64,000 nt of DNA from the NCBI GenBank assembly GCA_022813865.1, contig JALDZX010000019.1:310001-374000 (forward strand). The letters are read 5' to 3'. Positions 38,364 through 51,106 of the stretch are shown piece by piece (position 1 is the first letter of the stretch; the number at the start of each line of letters is the position of its first letter). A model generated the notes under the pieces. The model was not told where the DNA came from. It made no database searches and saw only the letters and a list, made by a program, of their open reading frames with translations. Both the position numbers and the translations under genes were made by a program. The DNA comes from Xylographa opegraphella (taxonomy: Eukaryota).

Positions 38364-40722
38364 TGTGGGCCGGGCCGACGACGTGGGAGGCCGGCTATGG
38401 TTAGGCGGTTGTTGACGATTGCACGATGGTGCATCGACACCTGGGCAAGGTGGATCACGGCAAGGGCGTTGCTTGCCGGTTGGGAATCGAGCAGTCGGTC
38501 TCTTGTGGGGATGGCACAGCACGAATTCACTTCCGTGGCTCTTTCGTGGGGCAATCTAGTGAAGCAGTATGGGTTGAAGGAGCAGAAGGGGTCCGGGGAT
38601 TGGTTTTGTCTGGACTTGATACAATTGGAGACGTGGTCGTCTGCGCTTTTCCTCCATGGATGTTTCAATTTTGGGGCGGAGGGCATTGGAGCACTGCCGA
38701 ATATGCGCCGGCGCTCCACTGCGATCAGGTATATGTTGTATATCTGAAGCTTGTGGCGGAGGTCCCGTCCGGCTGTCAGGACAGTACTTGGTTGTCGGCA
38801 CTGGAGGTAAGACCGAAGCGTCCGGAGACTCATGATCATCAAGAAGTCTGTTTCAAGTCGATCAGCATTACCACAGTCATGATCATCGATGAGACCGTTT
38901 TCACTCGGTCAGCACTTACTACGAGGCGGACGTACACTTCTGCCGGTGCTGTACTCCGAAGTCATTCATTCAACACGCATGTTCACCAAATCCTGTTATG
39001 GAAAGAGGGCGATTGGCAAACAGCAGAGTATACATAAGTATTGTGGACGAGTGCTTCAAGCATTGCTGACCAAATATCGAGCAACGCGAGCAGATGAAAT
39101 GCCCGAAGCACAACTTCAGCACCGAGTAATGCAGTTCAGAATTCCATGTGTGGAGATGAAATGAAGAACTCGTTCGCCATACCCGTGGCTTATAGATACC
39201 CGAAGTTGATGCCGAACGACCACGATGGGGGTTATACACATACAGCGGCAGGACCGTGATGCTTGAGGATCGAGGGTCTTCATCGTGTCAATTAAAGAAA
39301 CCAGTGCATGTCTCGATCAGCCCGTTCTCTCGACCATGTCATAGGGCTTGTCGGGATCGAGAGGCCGAACGTCTCGCATGCTCTATCATACCGTAGAACA
39401 GTGTAGACTCGTCACGACGAGGTTTGGCCTATCGACAGACCAAGTGCACGGTCCATCAAGGACGGCAAAATCGTCTCTTTTTTGAGCGAGCTCGGCAGGG
39501 CGGGACGCAACATCGTTCTCTTCCGTCTCAGAAGCAAGGAAACAATTCCTTTCCCGCCAGATGCCGCCACTCTTCTTCACCAGAGTCTCGAAGGGCAGGA
39601 AAAACACGTGAAAATAGTGCGCGTCAATCGCTAGGCTCTTAGGCTGGACAGACAGAACACAGATATGCAGAAGCCGGCGACCGAGCTCGACAGATTCGTC
39701 CCTGCACAGACCTCTCGCTTCCAGGCGTTGCATCGGACGAGATGTAAGGTAGATAGCCGCTGACCAGATCGCGATCTCGTCCCCAAGATATCTTCCCGGC
39801 CTGCAGATTACCTATTGTCCGACAGAGTTGCCAGCGTCCGCAGACATGCACTCTGCCTCTGCCTCTTCTACTCTCAACGTGCTTTCTACGATGCCCTCGA
39901 GCTGCAGTGTGCAGTGCTCATCGGACTCTCGTCAATGGATTGGCACCCTTCGTTCGCTTGTTGCGCATATAGAGAGGCTTTTCAGGCAAGGCAGAGGCAA
40001 GGTAGCGACTCACTCGCCACGACGGAAAAGTGCCGCAGAGGGCCGAGCGATGGCACGGGCCATCGGTCCGAATGCCTGCATGCAGGGAGGCAGTGATCAT
40101 CCAGCGCACAGATACCTTATGCTGGCTCGCGTATCGCGACGCATGCGTAGACACGCGATAAAAGGATACAGGCCCGACGAAGCGCCTGCCGTGTCACGCA
40201 CTGGCACGCGCTGGGACACCACCAAGTAGTGTTTGGCCCAATCATCAGAGTGACAGAGCCTCACCGCAGGAGAATGAAACATCGCTCCGGAAGTCGCCAA
40301 TGACGCCTTCCACGAGCAGTTGCCCCATCGTCTGAGAAAGCACTGGAAAACAAGCAGAGTATTGTAAAACGGAGACATATGCGTCCACCTTCGAACGTCG
40401 GTGCTATTAAGCCTAGTGAGAGAGTACCGAGAGATTATAAAGGCGACGTCAATGGGTGTCCTGTGCATCAGCCCCTATACAGAATGGCCGTTGGAGAACC
40501 GCAGTGTGGCAAAATCCCCAGACTCCACTCCCCCCGATTAAACCACGGCGACCCCGCCATGGTTTCCAGTACAGACGTGCAGCGCAATAAATCATGAAAC
40601 CTCCTTCCGGCGGATGTTGTACAAGCCACTCTGTGCCATTAAAAACAATCGTACACCCCCTCAAATCATTGCCGCCCAGCCAACTCCCTTGCCTGGTTCG
40701 TCCTTCTGTCTGTCTGTTGTTG

Positions 40723-41862
40723 TTACCTTGCTTGCAAGGCGTGAGACACGACGCGCAGCTTTCCATCAAGGAATTTGACGAGCGCATCAAAAGCGTAGAT
40801 CTCGGATTCGCTGTCCCCTTGACAAGCCCTTTCCTTCACTTTCGCCACGAGCGTTTCCACTTTGCGCAGCTCGATCTGAACCAGGATCATCTTGATTCGC
40901 TCCTCGTCGTCCCGGTCGAGATTGTACACGCCCAGGGTGATGCGGGCACTGGTGGAGGAGGACGACTGATCGGACCATACGCCGCACGAGCTCTGGTAGA
41001 CGGAAAGAATCTTGGCGATGAGGGAGATGTACAGCAAACCGAGGGATGCCTCCGCGGCGCAATTGCATTCGAGCGCCGCAAGGCACAGGTTCACCGCTTC
41101 CTTGTTGCGAGCCAGAGCGACGTCGAAGGTCAGGTTCGGGAACGAGGAGAAGATGTAGAGGCTGCGCAAGGTCTGGAGAATGGTTTTGAAACACCCGCAC
41201 GTCGAGGGATAGGTGGGCGTCGTAGGCGTGTGAACAGGCGAGGTGAACGATGACGAGGGGGAATCGGTGTACGAGGACTGTTGTCGCTCTTGGTACGCAT
41301 ATGGCGGTGTGCTGATGGGATCTGGCACATGCTGACCACGAACCTCCGCGCAGTGGTACCAATTCTCGCGGAAAGTCTCAATTTGCGCACCGGGCTGGAA
41401 GGTTGAGGACGCCTGCGTGCATTCGGACATATCGAAGAGAGCGGACGTGTCCATGAGGGATGGGGAGTCGTAGTCAACCAGGTTCAGGTACATATCGCCG
41501 TCCATGGGCATCAGATCCATCGCGGTGACGGGTTCCATCATCCACACATTGGGCATTTCCATGGGCGACTGCATAGGGGATTGGAGCAGCGAGTCCCTGG
41601 TCATGTCCAGAGCTGCGGGCCGCTTGCTGAGTGCTGTTTGTTTGACGGTGGCGTTTGGGGAATCGGGGGAAGGCTGCTTGGAGTTTCTTGAGCGAGCGTG
41701 ACTGCGTTCGCGATGAGCGGGGCGCTTTCCGGCGCGCAAGGAGACACTGTAGACGCACTGTTCACTATGCTTCGCACAGCGGGTACACGTCGGCCTTGAC
41801 TTGGAGCATTTCACCTTGGCCTGATTGCACGCATTGCAGGAGGCACGAAGCTTTTGCGACAT
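40723..41862 (-). CDS. Zn2Cys6 transcription factor, AflR/GliZ-like
   Basis: KLRASCNACNQAKVKCSKSRPTCTRC....C; C-terminal TCGC..., FDVALARNK, ITLGVYNLD.DDE..IKMILVQIEL typical of AflR-type regulators. First ATG at 41862. Confidence 0.88.
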   Translation of the reverse strand: MSQKLRASCNACNQAKVKCSKSRPTCTRCAKHSEQCVYSVSLRAGKRPAHRERSHARSRNSKQPSPDSPNATVKQTALSKRPAALDMTRDSLLQSPMQSPMEMPNVWMMEPVTAMDLMPMDGDMYLNLVDYDSPSLMDTSALFDMSECTQASSTFQPGAQIETFRENWYHCAEVRGQHVPDPISTPPYAYQERQQSSYTDSPSSSFTSPVHTPTTPTYPSTCGCFKTILQTLRSLYIFSSFPNLTFDVALARNKEAVNLCLAALECNCAAEASLGLLYISLIAKILSVYQSSCGVWSDQSSSSTSARITLGVYNLDRDDEERIKMILVQIELRKVETLVAKVKERACQGDSESEIYAFDALVKFLDGKLRVVSHALQAR

Positions 41863-44800
41863 TGGACCGACGGGTGAAAGATGAGTAGACCGCAATAGGG
41901 CGGGTGAGTTGGGATGCCTCGTAGTAATAACAGATCTCGAGGAGCGCTACTTGGGCGAATGAACGATCTTACGACACCAGGCAATATCAGCCCCACCAGA
42001 AGCGTGGTTGTACATCGACTTGATGACATCCGCAAACGTTCTCGGAATGGAAGTCAATGTTACATGCGTCGGCCGAGTATCACAGCATCGAGGCCAGCGT
42101 CTGAGCCGGCAAGCGTGCAGGATATCAACATCATCGAGGTAGACCTCGTCCGCAGCAGCCGACCCACAGCGTGGGGTGGGTCTTCAGCTCTGCCATCGTG
42201 TTCGACAGCACGCCACATGCGCTCGAACGGCGATCAAGATTCGTGTCCATGGCCAGAGAGAGATTCCGGCGCGAGGGTGCGCATCAAGGGCGGTACATAT
42301 TGTACAAGCATCAGTGGTCACGCTGTCTCTGCCGGAGGGAAAGCGTCTGGCGATGTACTCTGCTCCTTGGACTCTGCTTCCTTGCACGCCGGGTCTGCTT
42401 CTCATGTCGACGTTGGGGCAGATCGGCCACGGGAACGGATGAGCAGGAGATCTCAGGATAATTTGTATCCTATCATCGCCCTCCCCGGAACATAGTGTGC
42501 ATTCGGCAACGCAGCAGGGAACAGGCTGCATTGGGTCCCCCACCCCATCTGCCAGCTTTGCTGCCATGTCCATCGCTCAGAGCCAGACGAGCAGTGCCCG
42601 GCGGTATTTCCTGGTGCGACTATAAATCATACGATCCTCTCGGCGCGTAATTGGACCAGTATGGTGGCGCGAAAGTGTATATGGACGACTGATTTAAGTT
42701 CTTACCACCCTGTGGCGCACAGCCCAGGATTGCGCTTGTTTTGTCCCAGAACGACTTAGAGACAGCACCTTTGTCTCTGGAGGCGTACGAGTGCCGGCTT
42801 AGCTGTCTGCAACACGGCTCAAGCTTGCCCTGCGTCGATGATCCGGTCGAGACGAAGCTGGCGAACTGCCCAGAGTTGGAGCATATCAAATGAATGAATG
42901 ACGCCTGCATTTTTACACCGCTCTCTATATCATCCACCCGCTCCAATGTATTCTCTGGACTACGCTCTGTGCTTGTTGACTTTGCACGACGGAGACATCA
43001 CTGGTTACACGCACCGTTCGAAGACGTCGGCACTTGCAAAACCTTTGTTCCCTCCAAAAACATGGATCCAACTGCTTGTTCTCTTTGATCTTGAGTCAGC
43101 ACTTCGATGGATCCCACGATCGGTTCGATAGAGTCGTCTTAGCATCGGGTGGATCATACAAGGTGTCGAAATTATACGTTGTTGGTATGGTCTCGGACGC
43201 TTCCGCCTCCCAAAGAATCACGGGGCCACATCTACCTTTCGTGCTAAAAGTGAAAGCAAGTCGGTGTTGTCTTGGGGCTATCAACTTCCGGACTGTACAC
43301 TTTCGTGGACCATGCACCTGCCTAAATCAGAGCAAGCGCAACTCCAGCTGCTGGAGGAATCGTCAATCATCAGGACCTGAAAAATGCAGACATCAGCGGA
43401 CATGTGCAAGGAATGCCAGCAATAATCAGAGTCCAAATTGGCACCCAAATCTGACGTTACAAGCGTACATACAAGAATGCGGAGTGCTAGGAGCCGCAAA
43501 GGTGGATTCTCATCCCCGGCAGCATGAACATGCAATCAATTGGTCGTTGCCAGTATTCTAGTGCCATTTGCTGTGTCACCACCGGATCTAGCCTTCGGCT
43601 CCTAGGAGAAGACTCTTGCAATAAATGGGCTTCCAATTTGCTCCTTCTGAATCGCACCATCGCAAGATCTATTCGTATCTCGATGCCAATCAACCCTTCC
43701 GCGGACTAGGCTACTCAGTTTGCGTCATGGGATTTGCAATCGATCCGAGTGCCAGCGTAGTACAGAACATCTGCAGGGCCCACTTCATGCTTGACGCCGA
43801 AATTGCCTTGATGGCTGCTAACTGTGAAAGCAACAGCCCGTATGTGCACATACTCTCAGAGCTGACCATGTCCTGGTCCAGAATAGGCACATCATTTTGG
43901 AGTGCTCTTGTTTCCTGTCCGTTACTGTTCTTGTGCGACACTCGACCCTTTCGTTGGCCACCTGCCTTACTCGAGCCTCAACGCCGCTGTGGAGATGATT
44001 ATGTACGATCGAATGCTTGATAGATTATCGAATGTCTGCAGATCGAATTCGGAGACATAAGTGGGGGCGACAACAGCACGCGTCACAGGCACTGCCCACG
44101 AGCACTGCAAGTTGTGGAACAAAATACTCGTGGTGCATTCCACATGTATATGCACTTCTCCGCCGATCTGGATTGTCTCCACGGGCTTTGCCGCTAGAGA
44201 GGTCGACAGCTTCGGCTTCACTGTCCCAATCATCAGTGACCACGGTTTATTTGTGTCAGAAAGTCTTCTCAAGGCTAATGTGACACAGCATTATCAATCC
44301 TCCGAGTTGCAGTTGAGCTGGCATCGTACTTCCCAAAGCACTCCGATCTGTATGCACTGTTGACACTTGCACATTTCCGATCGATCATGTTGGTCTTCGC
44401 TGCATGTGCAATGCGACTTCCCGGCCGCCAAGGAATTGGTTGCGGAGACTGAAGTCTGAAGGGAACAAATTTGATGTTCCTCGAGTCCGTGCGGTGTTTC
44501 TATCTTGAGCACGTCCGGAATGCCTTTATGCAAAGTCGTATAGAGTTTACTCGTTGTGAACCGTGAACTTTATCATCCTGGCATGACGCTCCCGTATAAT
44601 ACAGATCCCTTGCATGGGACCGCATAGATACCACTCCTCAACGAAGGATGACCTGCTGAACGATTTTCAAGGGCTTGCCCCTTGCCTGGAATGAGCGTGG
44701 TACGCTTCCGAAATCCTAGGCAGAAGGGGAAATAGCCAAGGGAGCAGAACAATAGATCTTTGGGGGACACCAATAGCATCAAGTATCACAACGATGCGAG

Positions 44801-45621
44801 CGTCATGTAGGCACCTTTTCACCAGGTAAAAAGCAGTAGCAGCTATGGACCTCAGCTGTCCCCGTTATACCCATGTCACTCTAGGATCAAACACTGACAC
44901 ATATAAATATTGCCTTCAAATTCTACAGACACATCCTGGTCTATCTTACCCATTCGACGCTGTGGAAAGCAGGATTTCAGGACCATCTCCAACGCCCAAT
45001 AATTGTAGACTTCGATTCAAGATCTGGCAATCAGCCCTTAGCCAGCAATGCTTCAGGAAAGTAGGTCGCTGGGTTGATGTCAATCTAAGAGATTGTTGAA
45101 CGTGCTTGGTGTGGTAATCTTATGGTAATTGGTGACCGGCTGTGCATGAGAGTCAGTCATTAAAGATTCATCCTAAGTTATCGTATATTCCAACTTTTTC
45201 AATGTGCTCGGAGTAGAATTTACGTTATCGACTCATTGGTCATTTGGATACCTACGTACTTTGGTAAACTCTTTATGTATCAACTCTTAACGCCTTTGAG
45301 ACACATCAAGTTCAGCGCCGCGGCACAGCCACTCGAGCTAGCAAGCTGGAAGCCGGGAACTAACTACTTTGGTGCTTTGGTCTGCAGCGGCCCGCTAGAG
45401 TAGCCGCCCATGGACTCGGCAGTCCCATTGGTCAGTGACTCGATTGTGGCTGAACCTCATGATCCCACTTCCACATCGGTCATGCGCTTCGTCAGTCTAC
45501 CCCGTCTTTCCGTCTTCTCAACTTCACCTCAAGCTGAGCTGACACGCAGCTATGAGATGAGCTTCCGGCGAGTGCTACTCACAGTCACCGATATATCTAA
45601 GCTCCTTCTGGGAGTGTCACG

Positions 45622-48442
45622 ATGTTGACATCCTTCCTCACAGCGGCCGCCGCTGCTTTCATTTTGCAAGGTCTCCTGTCCGAGGCCTCAAAACTCTCTC
45701 CGCCTGTTCTGCCGCTGATTGTTCGTAACCCGTACCTGAGTACATGGCTACAGGACGCACGAGAAGCTCCCTGGAACAGATGGCCTATGCATTGGTCAGG
45801 TCAAGAGGTCAGACTTTGGCACTTATCTCAACGCGTTGACAAAGTAAGGAAGAACTGTTGGACATTGTGAGGGCTAACAGCGTTATACTCTAGGTTGGCT
45901 TCTCTATTCTTGCTGCCATTCCTGCCACAGACCGCGTATATCCTCTACTTGGCAGAGCTCATGATTCCCTTCTACCATCCAATGACGAGTATAGAAATCG
46001 TCAGTTGTTACAAATTATACGCTGACTTTCACAAGGTACAATGTTTCTTTTCCCTTATATTTGGGTGCTCAATACGACGCTTCGACGACCAATCTGACAT
46101 ACCGTATCCCTCCACCTTCAACAGGCATACACTCCTCTGATGATCTCGAAATCGTCATCTCATTTCTCTCCCCTATAACGCCCACCTCTACTCTCCGACA
46201 GTCTATACCGGCTTCGTACCTGACAGTGCACGTTAAGGGAAGCTTCAATGTAGATGTATATATTGACCTCAATGGTCAATGGGTCAGCGGAAATCGTGGA
46301 AGTAGAGTGGTCTGGGACCTTCATCAGTCCGACCTTACCAAAGATAATAAAGGACTGAAAACATGGATGGTGAAGAGAGAGACCGAGCAGCTTTTCACTG
46401 AATGGAACGACAGGGCCGAGTGGGGCACTTTGCATTTCTCAGCTCCTTCTGTAGGTCAGTCTTCATGTCGTAGGTATGCACTGACTGACGAAGATTAGGA
46501 TGTACGCCACGAAGCTGGTACATCTGCGCTCCTACGACAGAGATTTTCGAGGACTGGTACTCTCAAAAATGTTGTGGATGATCGCTCTCGAAGCATCATG
46601 AATGAAGAACCCGTGTTCGCTTTTGCCAAGTCATTCAAGCTGAACGGATCTTCAGCGTCAGCGTCTATGGCAGACAGTGTTCTCTTCACAATTGCTCACA
46701 TTCAAGATCCAGTTGTGCAATTTGCCTCTGGAAGAGGTCTAACCATGATGAAACCATTATGGTCGTCCTGGTTTGCTTCGGATGAGGATGTACTGAAGTT
46801 TCACTATTTTGATTTCGAGAATGCTGCTATGCTCGCCACCAATTACTCATCACAGCTCTCGCTCGACGCCTTTGAGTCGGGAGCTGATGACTACGTTGAT
46901 ATTGTGGCGTTATCGGCCCGTCAGGCAATGGGCGCGTGTGTCTTTGCTGGCACCGAGGATAATCCGATCCTGTTTATGAAAGAAATATCTTCGGATGGCA
47001 ATACTCAGACAATTGACGTGATTTATCCAGCTTTTCCCTTCTTTCTTTACACCAATCCTCGGTGGCTTGCGTACCTCCTTGAGCCGTTGATTGAACACAC
47101 TTTGAGCGGCCAGTATCCAAATAAGTACGCAATGCACGACCTCGGTACTCATTTTCCAAATGCTACCGGCCATCCAGATGGTAATGATGAATACATGCCA
47201 GTAGAGGAGTGCGGGAACATTTTGATTTTGGGCCTTGCCCTTGTGAACAGTCTGAAATATGACACCAGTGCCTCTGCAGGCTCTATTTGGGCAACACTCG
47301 GATCCGATATCTTTGACACAAATCCGGAAAGCAGTGCTTGTTCATTGAGTGTCTCTAGTAACGAAGATACTATGTTCGGGCTAGATGACCGCTGGGGAGG
47401 CTCGACAAAGGGTGCCAAGCAAGCCGAGAAGTGGGTTACAAAAAGTTACAGTCTATGGAAACAGTGGACTGAGTACCTGATCGAATTCACTCTGGAGCCC
47501 CACAACCAACGTATGTAGGGGTCAAAGAAACATGTGAACGGTGCTTACTGGGCCTTAGTTTCAACCGACGATTTCGCTGGCTGGCTCGCTCTTCAGACGA
47601 ATCTCGCTTTGAAAGGAATCATCGGAATTAACGCAATGAGCGCGATATCGGAGGTCATTGGTGAAACCGAGGACGCAAAATATTATAAAGTATGTTACTA
47701 TTGCACTTCGACGCGTTTATGCTAAAATGATTTAGAATATCTCTGATACGTACATCAAAAAATGGGAAGAGTTTGGGATCTCGAGGGACGGCACGCATGC
47801 CAAATTAGCGTATAATTGGTATGGGTCTTGGACGACGCTTTACAACCTTTATGCCGACTCGCTCCTCTGTTTCCACCTTGACGGCCACTCTTCGGCTATC
47901 AATGGACAACCAGTTTCTTTGCGTGGAGATGGTCAAAAGCCTCTCAAGCCAGGTCATGGTAAGGAGTCAGGTTTCGTCCCTCAGCACATCTACAAGATTC
48001 AGAGTGACTGGTACCACAATGTCAGGCAACGCTACGGTTTGCCCCTCGACAGCAGACATCTTTATACTAAGACCGACTGGGAATTCTTCGCTGCCGCTGT
48101 CACTGGCAAAGACGTCCGGGGTGAGATTCTGGACAGCGTTGCGAAATGGGTCAATGAGACGGCCACGGGTACGCTTGCTCCGTCATTTCCGCCGCTTTGC
48201 ATGCTAACAAAACGCTAGACCGTCCATTCACAGACCTTCATAAGACTGAAGAGGATGGTGGCTTTCCGGGACCAAACTTCTTCGCCAGGCCTGTCGTAGG
48301 TGGTCACTTCGCTTTCTTAGCCCTCGAGAGAGCGTGTGGCGGGATGGCTATGCAGGGCTTGGCTTTCTTGGACGAGCCTTCTATTGGTCACAAGGATAGC
48401 GCTCCAGTCCTCGTCAAGCAAGCCCTGGCCGAGGAGTTATAA
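45622..48442 (+). CDS. gtaA: Secreted glutaminase GtaA-family protein, multi-exon
   Basis: Signal peptide, PPVLPLIVRNPYLSTW, FLSPITP..TLRQSIPASYL, KEISSDGNTQTIDVIYP, AMHDLGTHFPNATGH..G.DEYMPVEECGN, STDDFAG, YGLPLDSRH.YTK.DW and ARPVVGGHFA. Confidence 0.92.
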
Positions 48443-48765
48443 GAGTCGATAAGAGAAGCCATAGGAGATTTGGGATTGCAAAGAGACAGTAGCTTCCTAG
48501 CATTTCGTACGCCACATACGTATATCTGGCTTAAATATACATATCAAATGCTTAGAAAACGGTTGACGGTAGGCTGGAACTGCTATCTCCTTGATTGACT
48601 CTTAAATCCAAAGTTTCACCCGATGGAGAACAGTATCTTTGCTGTCTACCTTCCTGCCTTCTCGGGTGGTCAGCCTTCAATCCGACGACCGAGAAAAGGC
48701 TCCGTAAGCTTGCGCAATTGTCATTCTTATCCTCGCCATCACTATCCCCTTCCTTCATTCTTTCT

Positions 48766-50352
48766 TCAATCTTCAGACTTTTCCCTCCTTCTCACGGCTG
48801 AATCCAGAGCATATTTCAGCACTCGCAAACTGCTCACTTTTCTGACCCTCCTTGGCATTTCATCAGTATGACACTCCTTCTCGTCGTCGTCAGTCGTGTC
48901 TCTATTGAACCATTCCTGTCCAGTTCTTGGCCTCGAAGTCTGTCTGCCCAGCCTCCTTCGGTAATCAGCACCTGGGCTCGTCTCGCTGCCACAAGCTGAT
49001 CCGCGAATCCCGGCCTCTCGTCCTCGCTGCGGACTTGGACTACGCCGCATTAACTGCGCAACTAAGCCGCCGAAGTCGGTTCGGTGGTTGCTTTCAATTG
49101 ACTGGCGCACATTCTTCTGACCAGAACGGACTAGGTCATCCTTGTGGGGTGATGAAGACATCGACATAGATAAGAGACCGCGACTGACACTCATGACCGA
49201 GCGATTATTGAGAAGGGGATACTCACTCGGGTAAGATCCTGGCATGGATTTGGTAGGTGAAAGTGGAACACTACTTGGTGGTGAGGGGGGACGAGGAAGG
49301 GAGATTGGAGGAAGTCGAAGAGGGACATCGATTAGTGGAGACGGAGGAGGATGGATTGATGCGTCTTGATCGTCATGGGATGGTGTGGGATGGGATGCGA
49401 GCGACAGGATGGAAGCGGTGCTGGATCTGTGCTCCAAGGCTGCTCTAGCACTTGGATATCTGGATGGGCTAGGACAGTCGGTGAACGCAGTTGAGGTGAT
49501 GCTGAGGCGGTCGAGTTCGTCTACTAACGTCAGCTAGAGTCTACAAGGTAGGTTTCAACCAGGTAATCCGGGAATCTTTAAACGAATCAACAAAAACCCA
49601 GTCTTGCTTACTCGCAAGAGTCGCGAGAGTCAAATTTGAGAAATGCATGAAAGATTGGAAGGCTAGGAACGTACCCCACGAGCAAGCATAGTATCGGAAT
49701 CTTGCAAACGGATTATCGAGGGCATCGAGCAAAGAATACTGGTAGTACTGTTTAGGGTGCCTATGCGTTATGCTACCGGCATTCAACAAACTGCGGTGGT
49801 TAGCCAAGTCAAACAAAGGGGATTCTGTCGAGCTGACCGGATTTCTCCAGGCCTTGTTCTGGGACTAGCACCACTGCCGCCCGGTTTGAGAACATCAATT
49901 TCTGGTATGGTCTTCCTTCTACCTCTTGCTCGGTACACCTTTATCTCCATCATTTCACCATGAGGTCCTCTGCCAGGGCCGTCCTGCTCAGCGAAGCTGA
50001 AGGCTCTTCTTTCAATCCCACCTTCTGCTCCGCGGTAGAGGCCAAACATCGTTTTCCCAGCATAACCTTCTTGCTCTCCACAACCCCAGCTGGCTACATG
50101 GTCGCCGTTCAGTGAAAGCTTGAAGTAGTATAGAGCTTTTGGCGGGTGAGGACTCGAGATACTGTACGACAGCCAAAAGTTCGACCCTGGATAGCTGGGA
50201 ATGTAGACAGATACAAGTGCTTCGGTTGAAGATATGAGGGTAGGCCGGTTCGTGAAAGGGTCATCTGGAGGTGTTTTGGGTGGGTATTCTGGCAGCTGCA
50301 AACAGTCATATTGGCTGATGACTCCCAGAGTGATGCTACGATATCCAGGCAT
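48766..50352 (-). CDS. Hypothetical protein with a structured N-domain and disordered C-tail; about 2 introns in 49500-49830
   Basis: MPGYRSITLGVISQYD..LPEYPP, VSVYIPSYPGSNFWLSY, YFKLSLNG..VASWG and YYQYSLLDALDNPFARFRYYACSW. Internal boundaries approximate. Confidence 0.75.
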
Positions 50353-51106
50353 TTTCTGACGGTTCGAAATGCTTGATCACGGGAAACGAAGGTGACGAAG
50401 CTGTCTATGAGTCGCAATTTGCTCTGTGGCCCGTGAAGGTCATCAGTAGGCCTGACAAAGTAAGATACATGGGTTTGAAAAGATCCGTCAAGGATTCAAA
50501 GATGTTGGCCTTTGTTTTACAGCCACGAGGTGTCTCACGCTAAGTCGGAAGCGAACCCTAAGGTATGCAAGTCACAATCAATGGTTAGCGCTTCGCCTTT
50601 AATTGTTACCAGGCTATCTATTATGACATCTTGTGAATGTCGACAAGACGCGCATGTGTGTATGAATGAGTCACCGATGAATAGGTGAAGAGCGCTAACT
50701 GATATGGTCTTTATGACCGACGCCGCATAATTTGTCCTGCTGCGTTCATTATCACTTGCTCTCACTAAAAAGAATTCTCTTACTCAACTCTACACAACAG
50801 CCCATGACTCTATAGTGTATTGCCTAGGAAAAAGTATCAACGCTGAGGTACATAACCTCGTCTTCATCATAAATGACATTTTCCTATTTCGACTGACAAT
50901 AGTCACTAAACTTTGGTATTCGACTTCTACATTCTCATATCATTCCCAACATTTCATCCTCACAGCTTACGCGGATTCAAAAACACTCCACCACTAAGCT
51001 ATCAAAGCTTGATGGAAAAAGAATTATCCCATACTTGAGCTTCGTCCTTTGATAGATGCAGATAACTAGCTCTGAAAAGCTCCTAGTATCTCTTCAACTC
51101 ACAACA

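Noticed and set aside
40594..41253. 219-aa plus-strand ORF
   Set aside because: Antisense shadow of the GC-rich TF coding sequence.
41914..45100. Many overlapping short ORFs upstream of the AflR-like gene
   Set aside because: No recognisable motifs or consistent exon chain; expected by chance at this GC content.
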